64,000 bases of DNA from Somniosus microcephalus (GCA_052327205.1 CM126203.1:231446001-231510000); one strand, 5' to 3'; positions 45,283 through 57,511 are shown, counted from the stretch's first letter. A program made the numbers and translations. The notes: a model not told the origin generated them from the letters alone.

Positions 45283-45505
45283 AGCAATGGAAAGGACAGT
45301 CCAGGGCTTCGGCCCAGCAATGGAAAGGTCTGTCCAGGGCTTCGGCCCAGCAATGGAAAGGTCTGTCCAGGGCTTGTCCGAGGCAGTGGAAAGGTCTGTC
45401 CAGGGCTTGTCCGAGGCAGTGGAAAGGTCTGTCCAGGCCTTGTCCGAGGCAGTGGAAAGGACTGTCCAGGGCTTGTCCGAGGCAGTGGAAAGGACTGTCC
45501 ATGGC
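45283..45505 (+). repeat. 33-bp coding tandem repeat (~6.5 copies)
   Basis: Encodes A(M/V)ER(S/T)VQG(FGP/LSE) 11-aa repeats. Confidence 0.9.
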
Positions 45506-46346
45506 TTTTCCCAAGCACTGGCACCTGCCACGCAGGTCCTCACTGCTGCCACGCAGTCACTTGCTGGCCTCGTCCACACGCAAATTGAGGCCACACGAAC
45601 ACTCTCTGCTGCCACCCTAGCTGCATCAAGCAGGATCACCCCAGGCCCTTGCAGCACCACAGCAGGCCATGAATCTGTGGAGCAGTCGATTGTGGCGTAT
45701 GATCCTGTGCGGCCCCATCAGAGTGCTAGTGTTTCGGCCGACCACAGTGCAGGTGTCCTCTCTCTGCATGTGAGCAGTCCTGATGCCACCGCTGGCATGT
45801 CAGCAAAGCAGCTGCCACCACCTGCGCGGCAGACTGCTAGCAGACATGCCCAGTTGGAGCAGCCTGCTTGCGGGACCTCCAAGCCCAGAGGTCATCCAGG
45901 CCGTCCCTCAGGGGCTTCAGCGCTTCCAGACACTCAGCAGGTGTCCCCAGCCTTGACGCAGCCACTGGGGTCCAATTACAGAGGAGCTGCAGGGAGGGAA
46001 GGGGCCGACCTCGTAAGAGAAGTCGGTCTCCATCAAGGGGTCACCAGTAGAGGGAGGTGCTACGACGTCTCTTTTTCCGGATTTAAGGCCGTCCACACCT
46101 GCTGTGTTTGTTTGTTATGGTTTGGTTCATTTCGCCGGGTTGCCAGACAGTTATCTGTTAGTTTGTTAGTTATGATTTCTGTTACCATTACGCTGTCATG
46201 CTGGAAGGAAGCACTTGTTTGAAAATAAAGAAAACTTTTTATTTACAATCGAGCTGTACACTATTTACAATCATCGAGGCCTTCATAGGCTTACAGCGAA
46301 CCGGAGGGCGCTGTTTGAATCACAGCCACCATTCCGTCCGAGGGGC

Positions 46347-47516
46347 CTAGAACCGAGTCCTTATGAGCCTCTGACGAACGGCCCTTCCAGTTTCTGAAGC
46401 CCTCCCATCTTCCTCCTCCTCCTCCTCCTGATCCTCCTCGCCCGCATGCTCCTCCTCCTCCTCCTCCTCCTCGTCCGCCTGCTCTGCTGGGCCTTGAGGG
46501 TCGGCTGGCATTGGCTGGGTGCGTCGAATGGCCAGGTTGTGGAGCATGCAGCAGGCAACAACGATGCACGCCACATGCTCCGGCGAGTACTGTAGGGCGC
46601 CCCCCGAATGGTCTAGACAACGGAAACGCTACTTCAGCACACCAATTGTGTGCTCCACAATGTTCCTGGTGGCCTGATGGCTGTTGTTGTAATGCTCTTC
46701 TGCCGGGGTGCTGGGCAAACGGAGCGGGGTCATGAGCCATGGGCAGAGAGGATAGCCCTTGTCGCCCAGAAGCCAGCCTCGTGGGTGAGCCGGGGCCTCA
46801 AAAAGGTCAGCCACTGAGGTCTGCCGCAGGATGAACGCGTCATGGCTGCTGCCAGGGAATTGTGCGTTCACCGCCATGATCATCTGCCGGTGATCACAGA
46901 CCAGCTGCACATTAAGGGTGTGGAACCCCTTTCGGTTACAGAACTCCTCCGGATTCTGTAATGGCGCCCGCAAAGCCACGTATGTGCAATCAATGGCCCC
47001 CTGCACCATGGGAAAGTCCGCAATAGCCGCGAAGCCCTGTGCGCGCTCCCCCTGCTTCTCCAGGGTCACAGGGAAGGCGATTCATTCGCGCCTCCTTTTG
47101 TAGAGGGCAGCTGTCACTTGCCGGATGCAGCAATGCACCGCAAATTGAGAGATATTTGATATGTCCCCAGCTGCTGCCTGAAACGATCCGCTGGCGTAAA
47201 AGTTGAGCGCAACAGTGACTTTCACGGCCACCGACAGAGAGGTCCTGCACTGTATCCGCGGCTGCAGATCCCCAGCAAGCAGGTGGCACAGCTCAGTCAC
47301 AACATCCTTACCAAATCTGAGCCTTCGCAGACACTGCTCCTCCGACATGGTAAGGTAGGAGACCTGCTGCCTGAAAACCCTGGCAGCGTATGGTCGGATT
47401 TGGCGATGTCCATTGGCCCTCCTCCTTCTGTCCAATCCCAGCCCTCTCTCCCTCCATCTCTGTGCCCTTGCCAGTTGTTCAGCCAGGATGACGTTCCCCT
47501 CCAAAGCAGCTCCCAT
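46347..47516 (-). pseudogene. Harbinger (HARBI1-like) DDE transposase
   Basis: ALNFYASGSFQ, GAIDCTYV, NRKGFHTLNVQLVCD, PGSSHDA, LLGDKGYP, RNIVEHTIG, ACCMLHN; frameshift near 47082 and TAG at 46629-46631. Confidence 0.9.
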
Positions 47517-48021
47517 TATTCTGGCCGACGAGTAAGACGCAGTCAGCTTTCTGGATCCAACTGTTCTGGACAGGGCTGAAGGTCCCAAGGCTCCTCTCGC
47601 TCAATAAGAACAAGTCTGTGTAACTGAAGGTCTGCAACTCTCTCCAGCAGCGAGCAGTATGGCCAGGCCAAATGGCTGTCGGTTTTATACTAGTGCTGTC
47701 CCCTTTAAAGAGCGCCCCCGAGTCCGAGAAGGACCTGGTAACGTTCCATCCAACTGTCACTAATAGCGCCAGGCGGAACGGAGGGGGGTGCCACTGAATT
47801 TCCGGTACGGGGCGCCAAAAAGGCATTGCACAATGAAATGACGTCATTATCTGGCTGCGCCCGCGAGCGGGCGCAAAGACTTAGCACCAGCGCTAACAGG
47901 CTACTCAATATGGTAGGATGCACTAGGATCACTGCGCACGTCCGAAAATTGGGTAACGCCCCAAATCTCGGGCTCTTTAGGCGCTAACCACTGGCGCAAC
48001 CAACCGAATTTCTAGGCCATA

Positions 48022-48560
48022 GAATTTTACAGTACAGAATGAGACCATTCTGCTTATTGCATCTGTGTTGAAACTCTGAAAAATTTAGCCAATTAGGCCC
48101 ACTTAGGCTTATTTTTCAAATAATGATCCACTTTACCTTTAAAATCTCTTATGGCTTCTGCTTCCACCACTGATTCTGGTAGGGCAATCCATATCTGAAA
48201 AACCCTCCGTGTAAAAAAAATTCTCCCAACTTCTCCCTTCTTTCTTTTGAGGACGATTTTAAATTTATGCCCCCTAGTTACCGACTCAATGACAAGTGGA
48301 AATAGTTTATCCCTGTTTTCCTTGTATTTTAAACATCTTTATCAGATCTCCTTCTAACCTTCTCTGTTCTAGTGAAGTGAGTCCAGTTTCTCTAGTCTCC
48401 CCTCACAACTAATGCTTGTCGTCTCTGGCATGATCTTTGTGAATCTCCAGCATCCTTTTCATGTCTTTTAGATCCTTCCAAAAGTCGCCCAAACTGGACA
48501 GAATATTCTAATCAAACCTGACCACTGATTGTATAAGTTTAGCATTACTTCTTGGTTCTT
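48022..48560 (-). mobile_element. Highly degenerate CR1-like 3' fragment
   Basis: Residual similarity to CR1 RT C-terminus; the Harbinger element sits in its (ATAGAATC)-type tail. Confidence 0.5.
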
Positions 48561-49658
48561 ATTATAAAACCCAGAATCCCATAGTTTTCTGGTGCAGCTT
48601 TATCAATTTGTCCTCTCAAAGATGTACTTCTACTTTGAAAAATACGTTCAAATATTTATTACTCTTCATAATACATTGAAAACAAAGTTATTTGTTTATC
48701 TTGACAATTTTCTCCTCTTTCCTGAAGGTATTGACTTGTTGCGGGGGTATGGTTTCATGTGTGGTGGTTGTTCGTAGCCATTACATATGTGTGAGTCTTG
48801 TTGCTGGACTATTCAACTACATGGGACATCATGGTTATGTCTGATCCTATCCTTGCCTAATGTCCATTATTGTGTACTTCCAGTAAGGGTAATTGGATAG
48901 TGATGAGGTTTAGAAATCTTGGGCAATTTTCCCTGCCCTGATACAGGGGCACACAGACAAATTGTAGAACTCCAACCACTGCACTAACTGTGATCAGCTA
49001 ACTCTGTACAGATCAATGATCGAACCTGGGACCATCCTGGTTGATTTGGCTCAGCTGCTCATTGGATAAACTTGCTGAGCCACCAGGGGAACAAAACAAA
49101 AATATCTGATGAAGAAACCCTGAGGCAATGATCTGAGCAGTAAGTCCCTGGAGTTGTGACAAAGCACACACGAGTGTACCAGATGCTTCAAGTTAAAGTG
49201 TTATCAGTTTTTGACTATTTGATACAGGAAAATTAGACATCTTGTGCATGTTGTAATCAAATTCCTGGTATAATGTAATCATTTTTTTTTAATCAAGCCT
49301 CAATTGGTTCCTGATGGAGTGTAGCCATTACTGGAGGCAGCGAGCAGCGAGGCCCAGAGCCCCGAGAGAGCGGAGAGGCAGCGGACCTGCGAGGGAGCAC
49401 CAGAGGCGGCTTACCAATCCAGGTTCCGGGAGAGGGAAACAAAAAGTAATCAAAGTGTGACGTCACCAAGAAGCAGGTAAGTGATTGGTTGGTGAGTATT
49501 TTCTTTCTAAATTTTTCTAAACTTAAATTTTGTGGTTTCTAGGGTCTCTGTTGTGTAGCGGGGACTACTATTAAGCAAGGGCCCTTGAGTATATCATTTA
49601 ATTGAAGTGAAATTGGTGGGATTCATTTAATTTTAATTAATTAATTAAAGGGTAAGTC

Positions 49659-50609
49659 ATGGCAGGACAGCCCAGCCCCGTAGTATGCTCCTCCTGCTCT
49701 ATGTGGGAAATCAGGGACGCTTCCTGCGTCCCTGACGACCATGTGTGCGGGAAGTGTGTCCAGCTACAGCTACTGACAGACCGCATTGCGGCACTGGAGC
49801 TGCGGATGGATTCATTTTGGAGCATTCGCGATGCTGAGGACGTCGTGAATATCACATTTAGCGAGTTGGTCACACCGCAGGTAAAGGGTGTACAGGCAGG
49901 AAGGGAATGGGTGACCAGCAGGCAGAGTAAGAGGTGCAGGCAGGTAGTGCAGGAATCCCCTGTGGCCATCCCCCTCTCAAACAGATATACTACTTTGAAT
50001 ACTGTTGGGGGGGATGACTCATCAGGGGAAGGCAGCAGCAGCCAACTTCCTGGCACCATGGGTGGCTCTGCTGCACAGGACGGGAGGAAAAAGAGTGGAA
50101 GAGCTATAGTGATAGGGGACTCAAGTGTAAGGGGAATAGATAGGCGTTTTTGCGGCCGCAATCGAGACTCCAGGACGGTGTGTTGCCTCCCTGGTGCAAG
50201 GGTCAAGGACGTCTCGGAGCGGCTGCAGAACATTTTGGAGGGGGAGGGCGAACAGCCAGTTGTCGTGGTGCACATAGGCACCAACGATATAGGTAAAAAA
50301 AGGGATGAGGTCCTAAAAGCAGAATATAGGGAGTTAGGAGGTAAATTAAAAAGTAGGACCTCAAAGGTAGTAATCTCGGGATTGCTACCAGTGCCACGTG
50401 CTAGTCAGAGTAGAAATAGGAGGATATTTCAAATGAATACGTGGCTAGAGGAATGGTGCAAGGAGGAGGGATTCAAATTCCTTGGACATTGGAACCGGTT
50501 CTGGGAGAGGTGGGACCAGTACAAACGGGACGGTTTGCACGTGGGCAGGGCCAGGACCGATGTCCTAGGGGGAGTGTTTGCTAGTGCTGTTGGGGAGGGT
50601 TTAAACTAA
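49659..50609 (+). CDS. CR1 ORF1 protein (zinc finger plus SGNH esterase), 316 aa
   Basis: CSSC..CGKC, IGDSSVR, HIGTND, DGLH. Confidence 0.9.
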   Translation: MAGQPSPVVCSSCSMWEIRDASCVPDDHVCGKCVQLQLLTDRIAALELRMDSFWSIRDAEDVVNITFSELVTPQVKGVQAGREWVTSRQSKRCRQVVQESPVAIPLSNRYTTLNTVGGDDSSGEGSSSQLPGTMGGSAAQDGRKKSGRAIVIGDSSVRGIDRRFCGRNRDSRTVCCLPGARVKDVSERLQNILEGEGEQPVVVVHIGTNDIGKKRDEVLKAEYRELGGKLKSRTSKVVISGLLPVPRASQSRNRRIFQMNTWLEEWCKEEGFKFLGHWNRFWERWDQYKRDGLHVGRARTDVLGGVFASAVGEGLN

Positions 50610-50731
50610 AGTGGCAGGGGGTTGGGAACCTGAGCAGGGAGACAGAGGAAAGGGAAACAAGGAAAAAAGCAAAAGACAGGAAGGAGAAAAACAAAATTAG
50701 AAGGCAAAGAACTCAACGGTTTAAATCAAGC

Positions 50732-53590
50732 ATGGTCACAGTAAATAATAATTCATATAGGTCTGAGAGCATTAAAAAAACAAGCCTGAAGGCTTTGTGT
50801 CTTAATGCGAGGAGCATTCGGAACAAGGTGGATGAATTAGCTGCGCAGATAGAGGTAAACAAATATGATTTGATTGGGATTACAGAAACATGGCTCCAGG
50901 GTGGCCAAGGCTGGGAACTCAACATCCAGGGGTATTCAATATTTAGGAAGGATAGACAAAAAAGAAAGGGAGGTGGGGTAGCATTGCTGGTTAAAGAGGG
51001 GATTAACACAATTGAAAGGAAGGATATTAACTCTGATGATGCGGAATTGTATGGGTAGAACTGAGAAATATCAAGGGGCAGAAAATGTTAGTGGGAGTGG
51101 TATATAGACCTCCAAACAGTAATACGGAGGTTGGGGATGGCATTAAAAGGGAAATTAGAGAAGCATGCAGTAAGGGCACAGCAGTCATCATGGGTGAATT
51201 TAATTTACATATAGATTGGGCTAACCAAATTAGTAAAAATACTGTGAAGGAGGAATTCCTAGAATGTTTACGGGATGGTTTTCTGGAACAATATGTCGAG
51301 GAACCAACCAGAGATCAGGCCATCTTAGACTTGGTATTATGTAATGAGAGAGGATTAATTAGCAATCTTGTTGTACGAGGCCCCTTGGGTCAGAACGATC
51401 ATAATATGATAGAATGCTTCATTAGGATGGAGAGTGAAGTAGTTGACTCGGAGACTAGGGTCCTGAATTTAAATAAAGGAAACTATGATGGTATGAGGCG
51501 CGAATTGGGTAGGATTGATTGGGGAATGTCACTGAAAGGGTTGACGGTGGATAGGCAATGGCAAACATTCAAAGACCGCATGGATGAACTACAGAAGTTG
51601 TTCATCCCAGTTTGGGATAAGAATAAAACAAAAAGGGTGACTCAACCGTGGCTAACAAGGGAAATTAGGGATAGCATAAGATCCAAGGAGAGGGCATATA
51701 AATTGGCCAGAAAAAGCGGTAACCCTGAGGATTGGGAACAGTTTAGGATTCAACAAAGGAGGACAAAGGGATTAATTAAGAAGGGGAAAATAGAATATGA
51801 AAGTAAGCTTGCAGGGAACATAAAAACTGACTGTAAGAGCTTTTATAGATATGTGAAGAGAAAAAGATTAGTGAAATCAAGTGTAGGTCACTTGCAGTCT
51901 GAAGCAGGGGAAGTTATAATGGGGAACAAAGAAATGGCAGACCAATTAAATGCATATTTTGGTTCTGTCTTCACAAAGGAGGACACAAATAACCTCCCAG
52001 AGATGTTGGAGAACATAGGGTCTGATGAGAGGGAGGAACTGAAAGAAATCAGTATTTGTAGGGAAATGGTGTTAGGGAAATTGACGGGATTGAAGGCCGA
52101 TAAATCCCCAGGGCCTGATAATCTACATCCTAGGGTACTTAAGGAGGTGGCCCTAGAAATAGTAGATGCATTACTGATCATCTTCCAAAATTCGCTGGAA
52201 TCTGGAACTGTACCCATGGATTGGAGGGTAGCTAATGTTATCCCACTATTCAAAAAGGGTGGTAGAGAGAAAGCGGGGAATTACAGACCGGTAAGCCTGA
52301 CATCGGTAGTGGGGAAAATGCTAGAGTCCATTATAAAGGATGTAATAGCTGAGCACTTGGAAAACTGTGACAGGATCGGACAAAGTCAACATGGATTTAC
52401 AAAAGGTAAATCGTGCTTGACTAATCTACTGGAATTTTTTGAGGATGTAACTGGGAAAATAGATAAGGGAGAACCAGCAGATGTGGTGTATTTGGACTTT
52501 CAAAAGGCTTTCGATAAGGTCCCGCATAAGAGATTAGTGTGTAAAGTTAAGGCATATGGGATTGGGGGCAAGGTATTGACTTGGATAGAGAACTGGTTGG
52601 CGGACAGAAAGCAGAGAGTAGGAATTAACGGGTCTTGTTCCGAGTGGCAGGCAGTGACTAGTGGGGTACCGCAGGGATCGGTCCTTGGACCCCAGCTATG
52701 CACAATATACATTAATGATCTAGATAAGGGAACTAGATGTAATATCTCCAAGTTTGCAGATGACACAAAGCTGGGTGTGTGTGTGTGCTGTGAGGAGGAT
52801 ACCGAGAAACTGCAGGATGATTTGGACAGGTTGGGTGATTGGGCAGAAGCGTGGCAGATGCAATATAACGTGGATAAATGCGAGGTTATCCACTTTGGTG
52901 TCAAAAACAGAAAGGCAGACTATTATCTGAATGGCAATAGATTGGGAGAAGGGGAAGTGCAACGAGTCCTGGGTGTCCTTGTGCACCAGTTGCTGACGGT
53001 AAGCATGCAGGTGCAGCAGGCGGTTAAGAAGGCAAATGGTATATTGGCCTTCATAGCGAGAGGATTCGAGTACAGGAGCAAGGATGTCTTGCTGCAGTTG
53101 TACAGGGCCTTGGTGAGACCACATCTTGAGTATTGTGTGCAGTTTTGGTCGCCTTATCTGAGGAAGGATGTACTTGCCATGGAAGGAGTGCAGCGAAGAT
53201 TCACCAGACTGATACCTGGGATGGCAGGAATGACATATGAGGAGAGATTGGGTCGATTGGGCTTGTACTCGCTAGAGTTTAGAAGAATGAGAGGGGATCT
53301 CATTGAAACTTATAAAATTCCAACAGGATTAGAGAGACTAGATGCAGGAAGGATGTTCCCGATGGCGGGGAGTCCAGAACCAGGGGTCACAGTCTAATGA
53401 TAAGGGGTAAGCCATTTAGGACAGAGATAAAGAGGAATTTCTTCACCCAGAGAGTGGTGAACCTGTGGAATTCTCTACTACACAAGGCGTTGAGGCCAAT
53501 TCATTAAATATATTCAAGAAGGAGTTAGATATATTTCTTAAGGCTAAAGGGATCAAGGGATATGGGGAGAAAGCAGGGACAGGGTACTGA
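50732..53590 (+). pseudogene. CR1 ORF2 (APE endonuclease plus reverse transcriptase), frameshifted
   Basis: LNARSIRNK, ITETW, VYRPP, FADD; split into 50732-51058, 51085-53397 and a broken tail. Confidence 0.9.
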
Positions 53591-53675
53591 ATTTGGATGA
53601 TCAGCCATGATCTCATTGAATGGCGGAACAGGCTCGAGGGGTCGAATGGCGTACTCCTATCTTCTATGTTTCTAT

Positions 53676-54095
53676 ATAGCGCCCTTCGACCTCAGGACAT
53701 CCCAAAGCACTTTATAATCAGTGAAGTGTAGTCACTGTTGTAATGTAGGAAACATGGCAGCTAATTTGCACACAACAACCTCCCACAAACAACAATGTGA
53801 TAATGACCGGATAATCTGTTTTTTTTAACTGATGTTATTGAGGGATAAATATTGGCCAGGAAACGGGTAGCACTCCCCTGCTCTTCTTCAAAGTAGTACC
53901 ATGGGATCTTTTATGTCCACCTGAGGGAGCAGATGGGGCCTCGGTTTAAAGTCTCATCCAAAAGGTCTTATGAAAGTCAGCACCTCTGACAGTGCAGCAC
54001 TCCTACATTTTTGTGCTCAAGTCTCGAGTGGGACTATGAACCCATGACCTGCTCACTGAGAGGCAGCAGTGCTACCAACTGAACCACAGCTGACA
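53676..54095 (-). mobile_element. DeuSINE (SacSINE1-like)
   Basis: Reverse complement of 60020-60455 including the tRNA-like head. Confidence 0.78.
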
Positions 54096-55335
54096 CTAGG
54101 AAGCAAACCTAGGTAACGAAATATCATGGGATGAGTGATTGTCAAGACATTGACAACCATAAATTGAGAGAGATAGTACTGACTGGAGGCCAGAAACCTG
54201 TGGAAAAGAAGTAGGAAGAGAGGCCTAGTATGATACTGGTAGTAAAATACAGCAGGATGAGAACCTCAGAACTCATATAAGCTGCAAAACTAAATGCTCA
54301 AAACCAGTGCAATTAATCTGAACTACATGTATAGGTTAAAAAGCTGGAATCAGGCAGGCCACAGGATGGCTGGTAAGTGAATTAGAAACATTCACATGGA
54401 TGCATAGGGAATGCTCTTTTGGCATTGGACATTAGGCATATTACTGGAGTAACATACCATTGATGGATTTTACATCTGGAACACGTGAGACCTGATCTGC
54501 AAGTGCTTGATGCTGATATTGGTGAAAGAGGAGCCTCAGTCCCAGGATCGGCAGTTTCCACTTTGATGTAAATCTACGTTTAAAATTACAGATAGTTTGT
54601 GAATTTTTACACTGATCTTGACTGCTTCAGGCACGTGGTAAGAGTAAATTTGGAAAATTACTTTAAATTACATGGAGCGAATAGCACAAGAAGCTACAGG
54701 TACAAATTAATAAAAGACAGCAGGATGTTCTTTATACAAAGAGTGGAATAGACTCCCCTATAGAATTGTGGTGGCAGAAACTTTTGCCACGTTGGCAATT
54801 TTTAAGTTTCTCTTAATTAAATACCATAAGGATGTTTGGATCAATGTTAAAATAATGTAATTGTATCATAATTGCATTCTCCACCCATTACTGATCTGGC
54901 ACATTCTCTTAGAAGATTGATTACCAGACGACGATGCCATCCCATTTCTGAGAGACTTAGTGATTTAAAAAATGATTAACATATTGTTTCTGCGGGACAT
55001 TTATCATTTTTAAATTATGTGCAAACGGTTATCAATAAACAAACAAACAGCGTGAATTTTGTTAAATTAGTATTTTTTTTGCACAGGCTGGATAATTTTG
55101 ATACTAAACACAGAGGGGGGAGGGAAAGTACAGAAACATATATTTGCAATGGTGTTGGATAAATGGCGGAAATATGCACGATACACCCGTACATTCGCAC
55201 GTTCAGGTTTCATTGTCAAAGTAACGTTGAAAATGTAATCTAAGTGAATACAAAACTATGGCTGGTCCCACAAGAGCTTATGCACTTAATTAAACCAAAT
55301 GTAATAATGAGTGTGTGTAGCTTGTTGTCAAGCAT

Positions 55336-56390
55336 CGTAACATTGCCCGAGGGTGGGTGCGCTGTGCCCGGTAACACTGGCCGGGGGGTGGGTGCACTTT
55401 GCCCACAAACACTGCCCGAAGGTGGGTGCACTCTGCCCAGTAACACTGTCCGGGGGTGGGTGCACTCTGCCCGGTGACACTGCCCAGGGGTGGGTGCACT
55501 CTGCCCGGTAACACTGTCCGGGGGTGGGTGCACTCTGCCCAGTAACACTGCCCGAGGGTGGGTGCACTCTGCCCGGTAACACTGCCCGAGAGTGGGTGAA
55601 CTTTGCCCGGTAACACTGTCCGGGGGTAGGTGCACTCTGCCCAGTAACACTGCCCGAGAGTGGGTGCACTCTGCCCAGTAACACTGCCCGAGGGTGGGTG
55701 CACTCTGCCCGGTAACACTGCCCGGGGGTGGGTGCACTGTGCCCGGTAACATTGCCCGGGGGTGGGTGCACTGTGCCCGGTAACACTGCCCGGGGATGGG
55801 TGCACTGTGCCCGGTAACACTGCCCGGGGGATGGGTGCACTGTGCCCGGTAACACTGTCCGGGGTTGGGTGCACTGTGCCCGGTAACACTGCCCGGGGGT
55901 GGGTGCACTGTGCCCGGTAACACTGCCCGGGGGTGGGTGCACTGTGCCCGGTAACATTGCCCGGGGGTGGGTGCACTGTGCCCGGTAACATTGCCCGGGG
56001 GTGGGTGCACTGTGCCCGGTAACATTGCCCGGGGGTGGGTGCACTGTGCCCGGTAACACTGCCCGGGGGTGGGTGCATTGTGCCCGGTAACACTGCCCGG
56101 GGGTGGGTGCACTGTGCCCGGTAACACTGCCCGGGGATGGTGCACTGTGCCCGGTAACACTGCCCGGGGGTGGGTGCACTGTGCCCGGTAACACTGCCTG
56201 GGGATGGTGCACTGTGCCCGGTAACACTGCCCGGGGGTGGGTGCACTGTGCCCGGTAACACTGCCTGGGGATGGTGCACTGTGCCCGGTAACACTGCCCG
56301 GGGGTGGGTGCACTGTGCCCGGTAACACTGCCCGGGGATGGTGCACTGTGCCCGGTAACACTGCCCGGGAGTGGGTGCACTGTGCCCGGG
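55336..56390. repeat. 34-bp GC-rich minisatellite (~31 copies) abutting the RASL11B promoter
   Basis: Unit GGTAACACTGCCCGGGGGTGGGTGCACTGTGCCC with variants. Confidence 0.97.
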
Positions 56391-56399
56391 AGCAGCCTG

Positions 56400-56686
56400 T
56401 GGGCGGTGCGCGAGACATCCCGGATTGCGAACAGAATTAACAGGTAAAGTGACGTGCTGCGAGAAGTAGCCAATCGGCCGAGCCGTCAGTGACCAATCAG
56501 AAACCGCGGGCAGGTTCCCTACAAAAGCGGCCGAGCCGGCGGGGCGGCTCCAGTGAGAAAGAGCGGGGCGGGCAATCAGTCGTTTAGTGAGTGAGAGCGG
56601 GGCGGGCAGTGAGTGAGTGACTGATCGATCGCCGGCCGGGGAGTGAGTGCCAGGCCAGGCTCCCCTCCAACCCGCCGGGGTTTGCT
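56400..56686 (+). promoter_or_regulatory. RASL11B CpG-rich proximal promoter / 5' UTR
   Basis: GTGACGT CRE-like site, two CCAAT boxes (~56470, ~56493), TACAAAA TATA-like (~56520), GGGGCGG GC boxes. Confidence 0.7.
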
Positions 56687-56801
56687 ATGCGCCTGATTCA
56701 GAACATGTCGACGATCCAGGAGTACGGACCTGCGGAATATGCCCCCAACAACCGGGTCATCAAGATCGCGGTCATCGGCGGCAGCGCCGTGGGCAAAACT
56801 G
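56687..56801 (+). CDS. RASL11B: RAS-like family 11 member B, exon 1
   Basis: MRLIQNMSTIQEY..IKIAVIGGSAVGKT (P-loop), donor GTAAG. Confidence 0.93.
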
Positions 56802-57212
56802 GTAAGAAAACGGGCAGTGTTCCCGTTCAGCTCATTGTAACGGGGTTCCTGCTGCTTCACCTCCAGAGGCGCTTCATGTACAAATGCCAGTGAATTTGGT
56901 GGATCTGACCCCAGTCACCTGCGAGGCAGATTTGCCAGGCAGCAGGTTAGTTCACCAATCTTTGAAGTTTGTTTGGAGAGAGGCTTTAATGTCTGCCGGA
57001 AAGTTTCTGTCCCCCACGCGGCGGAAGGGGTTTCTGACAAATGGAAAAAGCCGGAGTTATTTTGCTCTGGGGGATAGCGGTCTAAAGAAAGGCTTTATTG
57101 ACAGTTGTGAGTGGGGCGCCTGCAGCTTTGTGTTTCCCCCTCCTATGAAATGTTGGGTTGGGGGCTTTGTCTTGGGCTGACACACAGCTTCACATTCCCC
57201 TTTCTTTCTCAG

Positions 57213-57269
57213 CTCTGGTAGTGCGATTTCTAACCAGAAGGTTCATCGGAGACTATGAAAGAAACGCAG
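57213..57269 (+). CDS. RASL11B: RASL11B exon 2
   Basis: (A)[18 protein letters not shown]; polypyrimidine-AG acceptor, GTAAG donor. Confidence 0.93.
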
Positions 57270-57434
57270 GTAAGGGTTATGATGTTTCCCATCGTATTGA
57301 AAACATTTAAAGCCTGATTTTATAGGCGTTGAATAGCTTCGTTCTTTTGTCTACATGAAACTTATTTACCGATCTATCCAAATTTTAAAAAAAATTGGAG
57401 TTTTTTTCTAAACAGCTAATGTTAATGTCTTCAG

Positions 57435-57511
57435 GTACTTTATATTCCAGACAAGTCCAAGTAGATAGAGAACAACTTGCACTACAAGTTCAAGACACAC
57501 CAGGTGTTCAG
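57435..57511 (+). CDS. RASL11B: RASL11B exon 3
   Basis: (G)TLYSRQVQVDREQLALQVQDTPGVQ; AG acceptor and GTGAG donor; phases consistent. Confidence 0.93.

Larger units (their letters stand above)
43895..46050 (+). pseudogene. Harbinger Myb/SANT-like DNA-binding protein gene (exons ~43895-44131, 44566-44728, 44888-~46050)
   Basis: RAERFTNESLEELV..W..VS..VN..RSPVQCRKKFNNL then AKLARN..RTGGG across GT-AG introns; premature TGA at 44027-44029; 3' end uncertain. Confidence 0.8.
43538..48018. mobile_element. Autonomous-type PIF/Harbinger DNA transposon, inactivated
   Basis: TIRs GGCCTAGAAATT / AATTTCTAGGCC, TSD ATA, convergent Myb/SANT gene and DDE transposase. Confidence 0.93.
49335..53675 (+). mobile_element. 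Full-length CR1 LINE (plus)
   Basis: GC-rich 5' UTR, ORF1, ORF2 with frameshifts near 51050 and 53370, 3' UTR and TCTATGTTTCTAT tail. Confidence 0.94.

Noticed and set aside
49637-50284. Antisense ORFs over CR1 ORF1 in both copies (also 39133-39825)
   Set aside because: Most simply shadows of a conserved sense ORF; no recognisable domain or ATG context.
55336-56390. CRISPR-like appearance of ~34-bp repeats
   Set aside because: Units are contiguous with no unique spacers, there are no cas genes, and the context is eukaryotic.
55240-56473. Three long minus-strand ORFs (334-392 aa)
   Set aside because: Artefacts of the stop-free 34-bp minisatellite.
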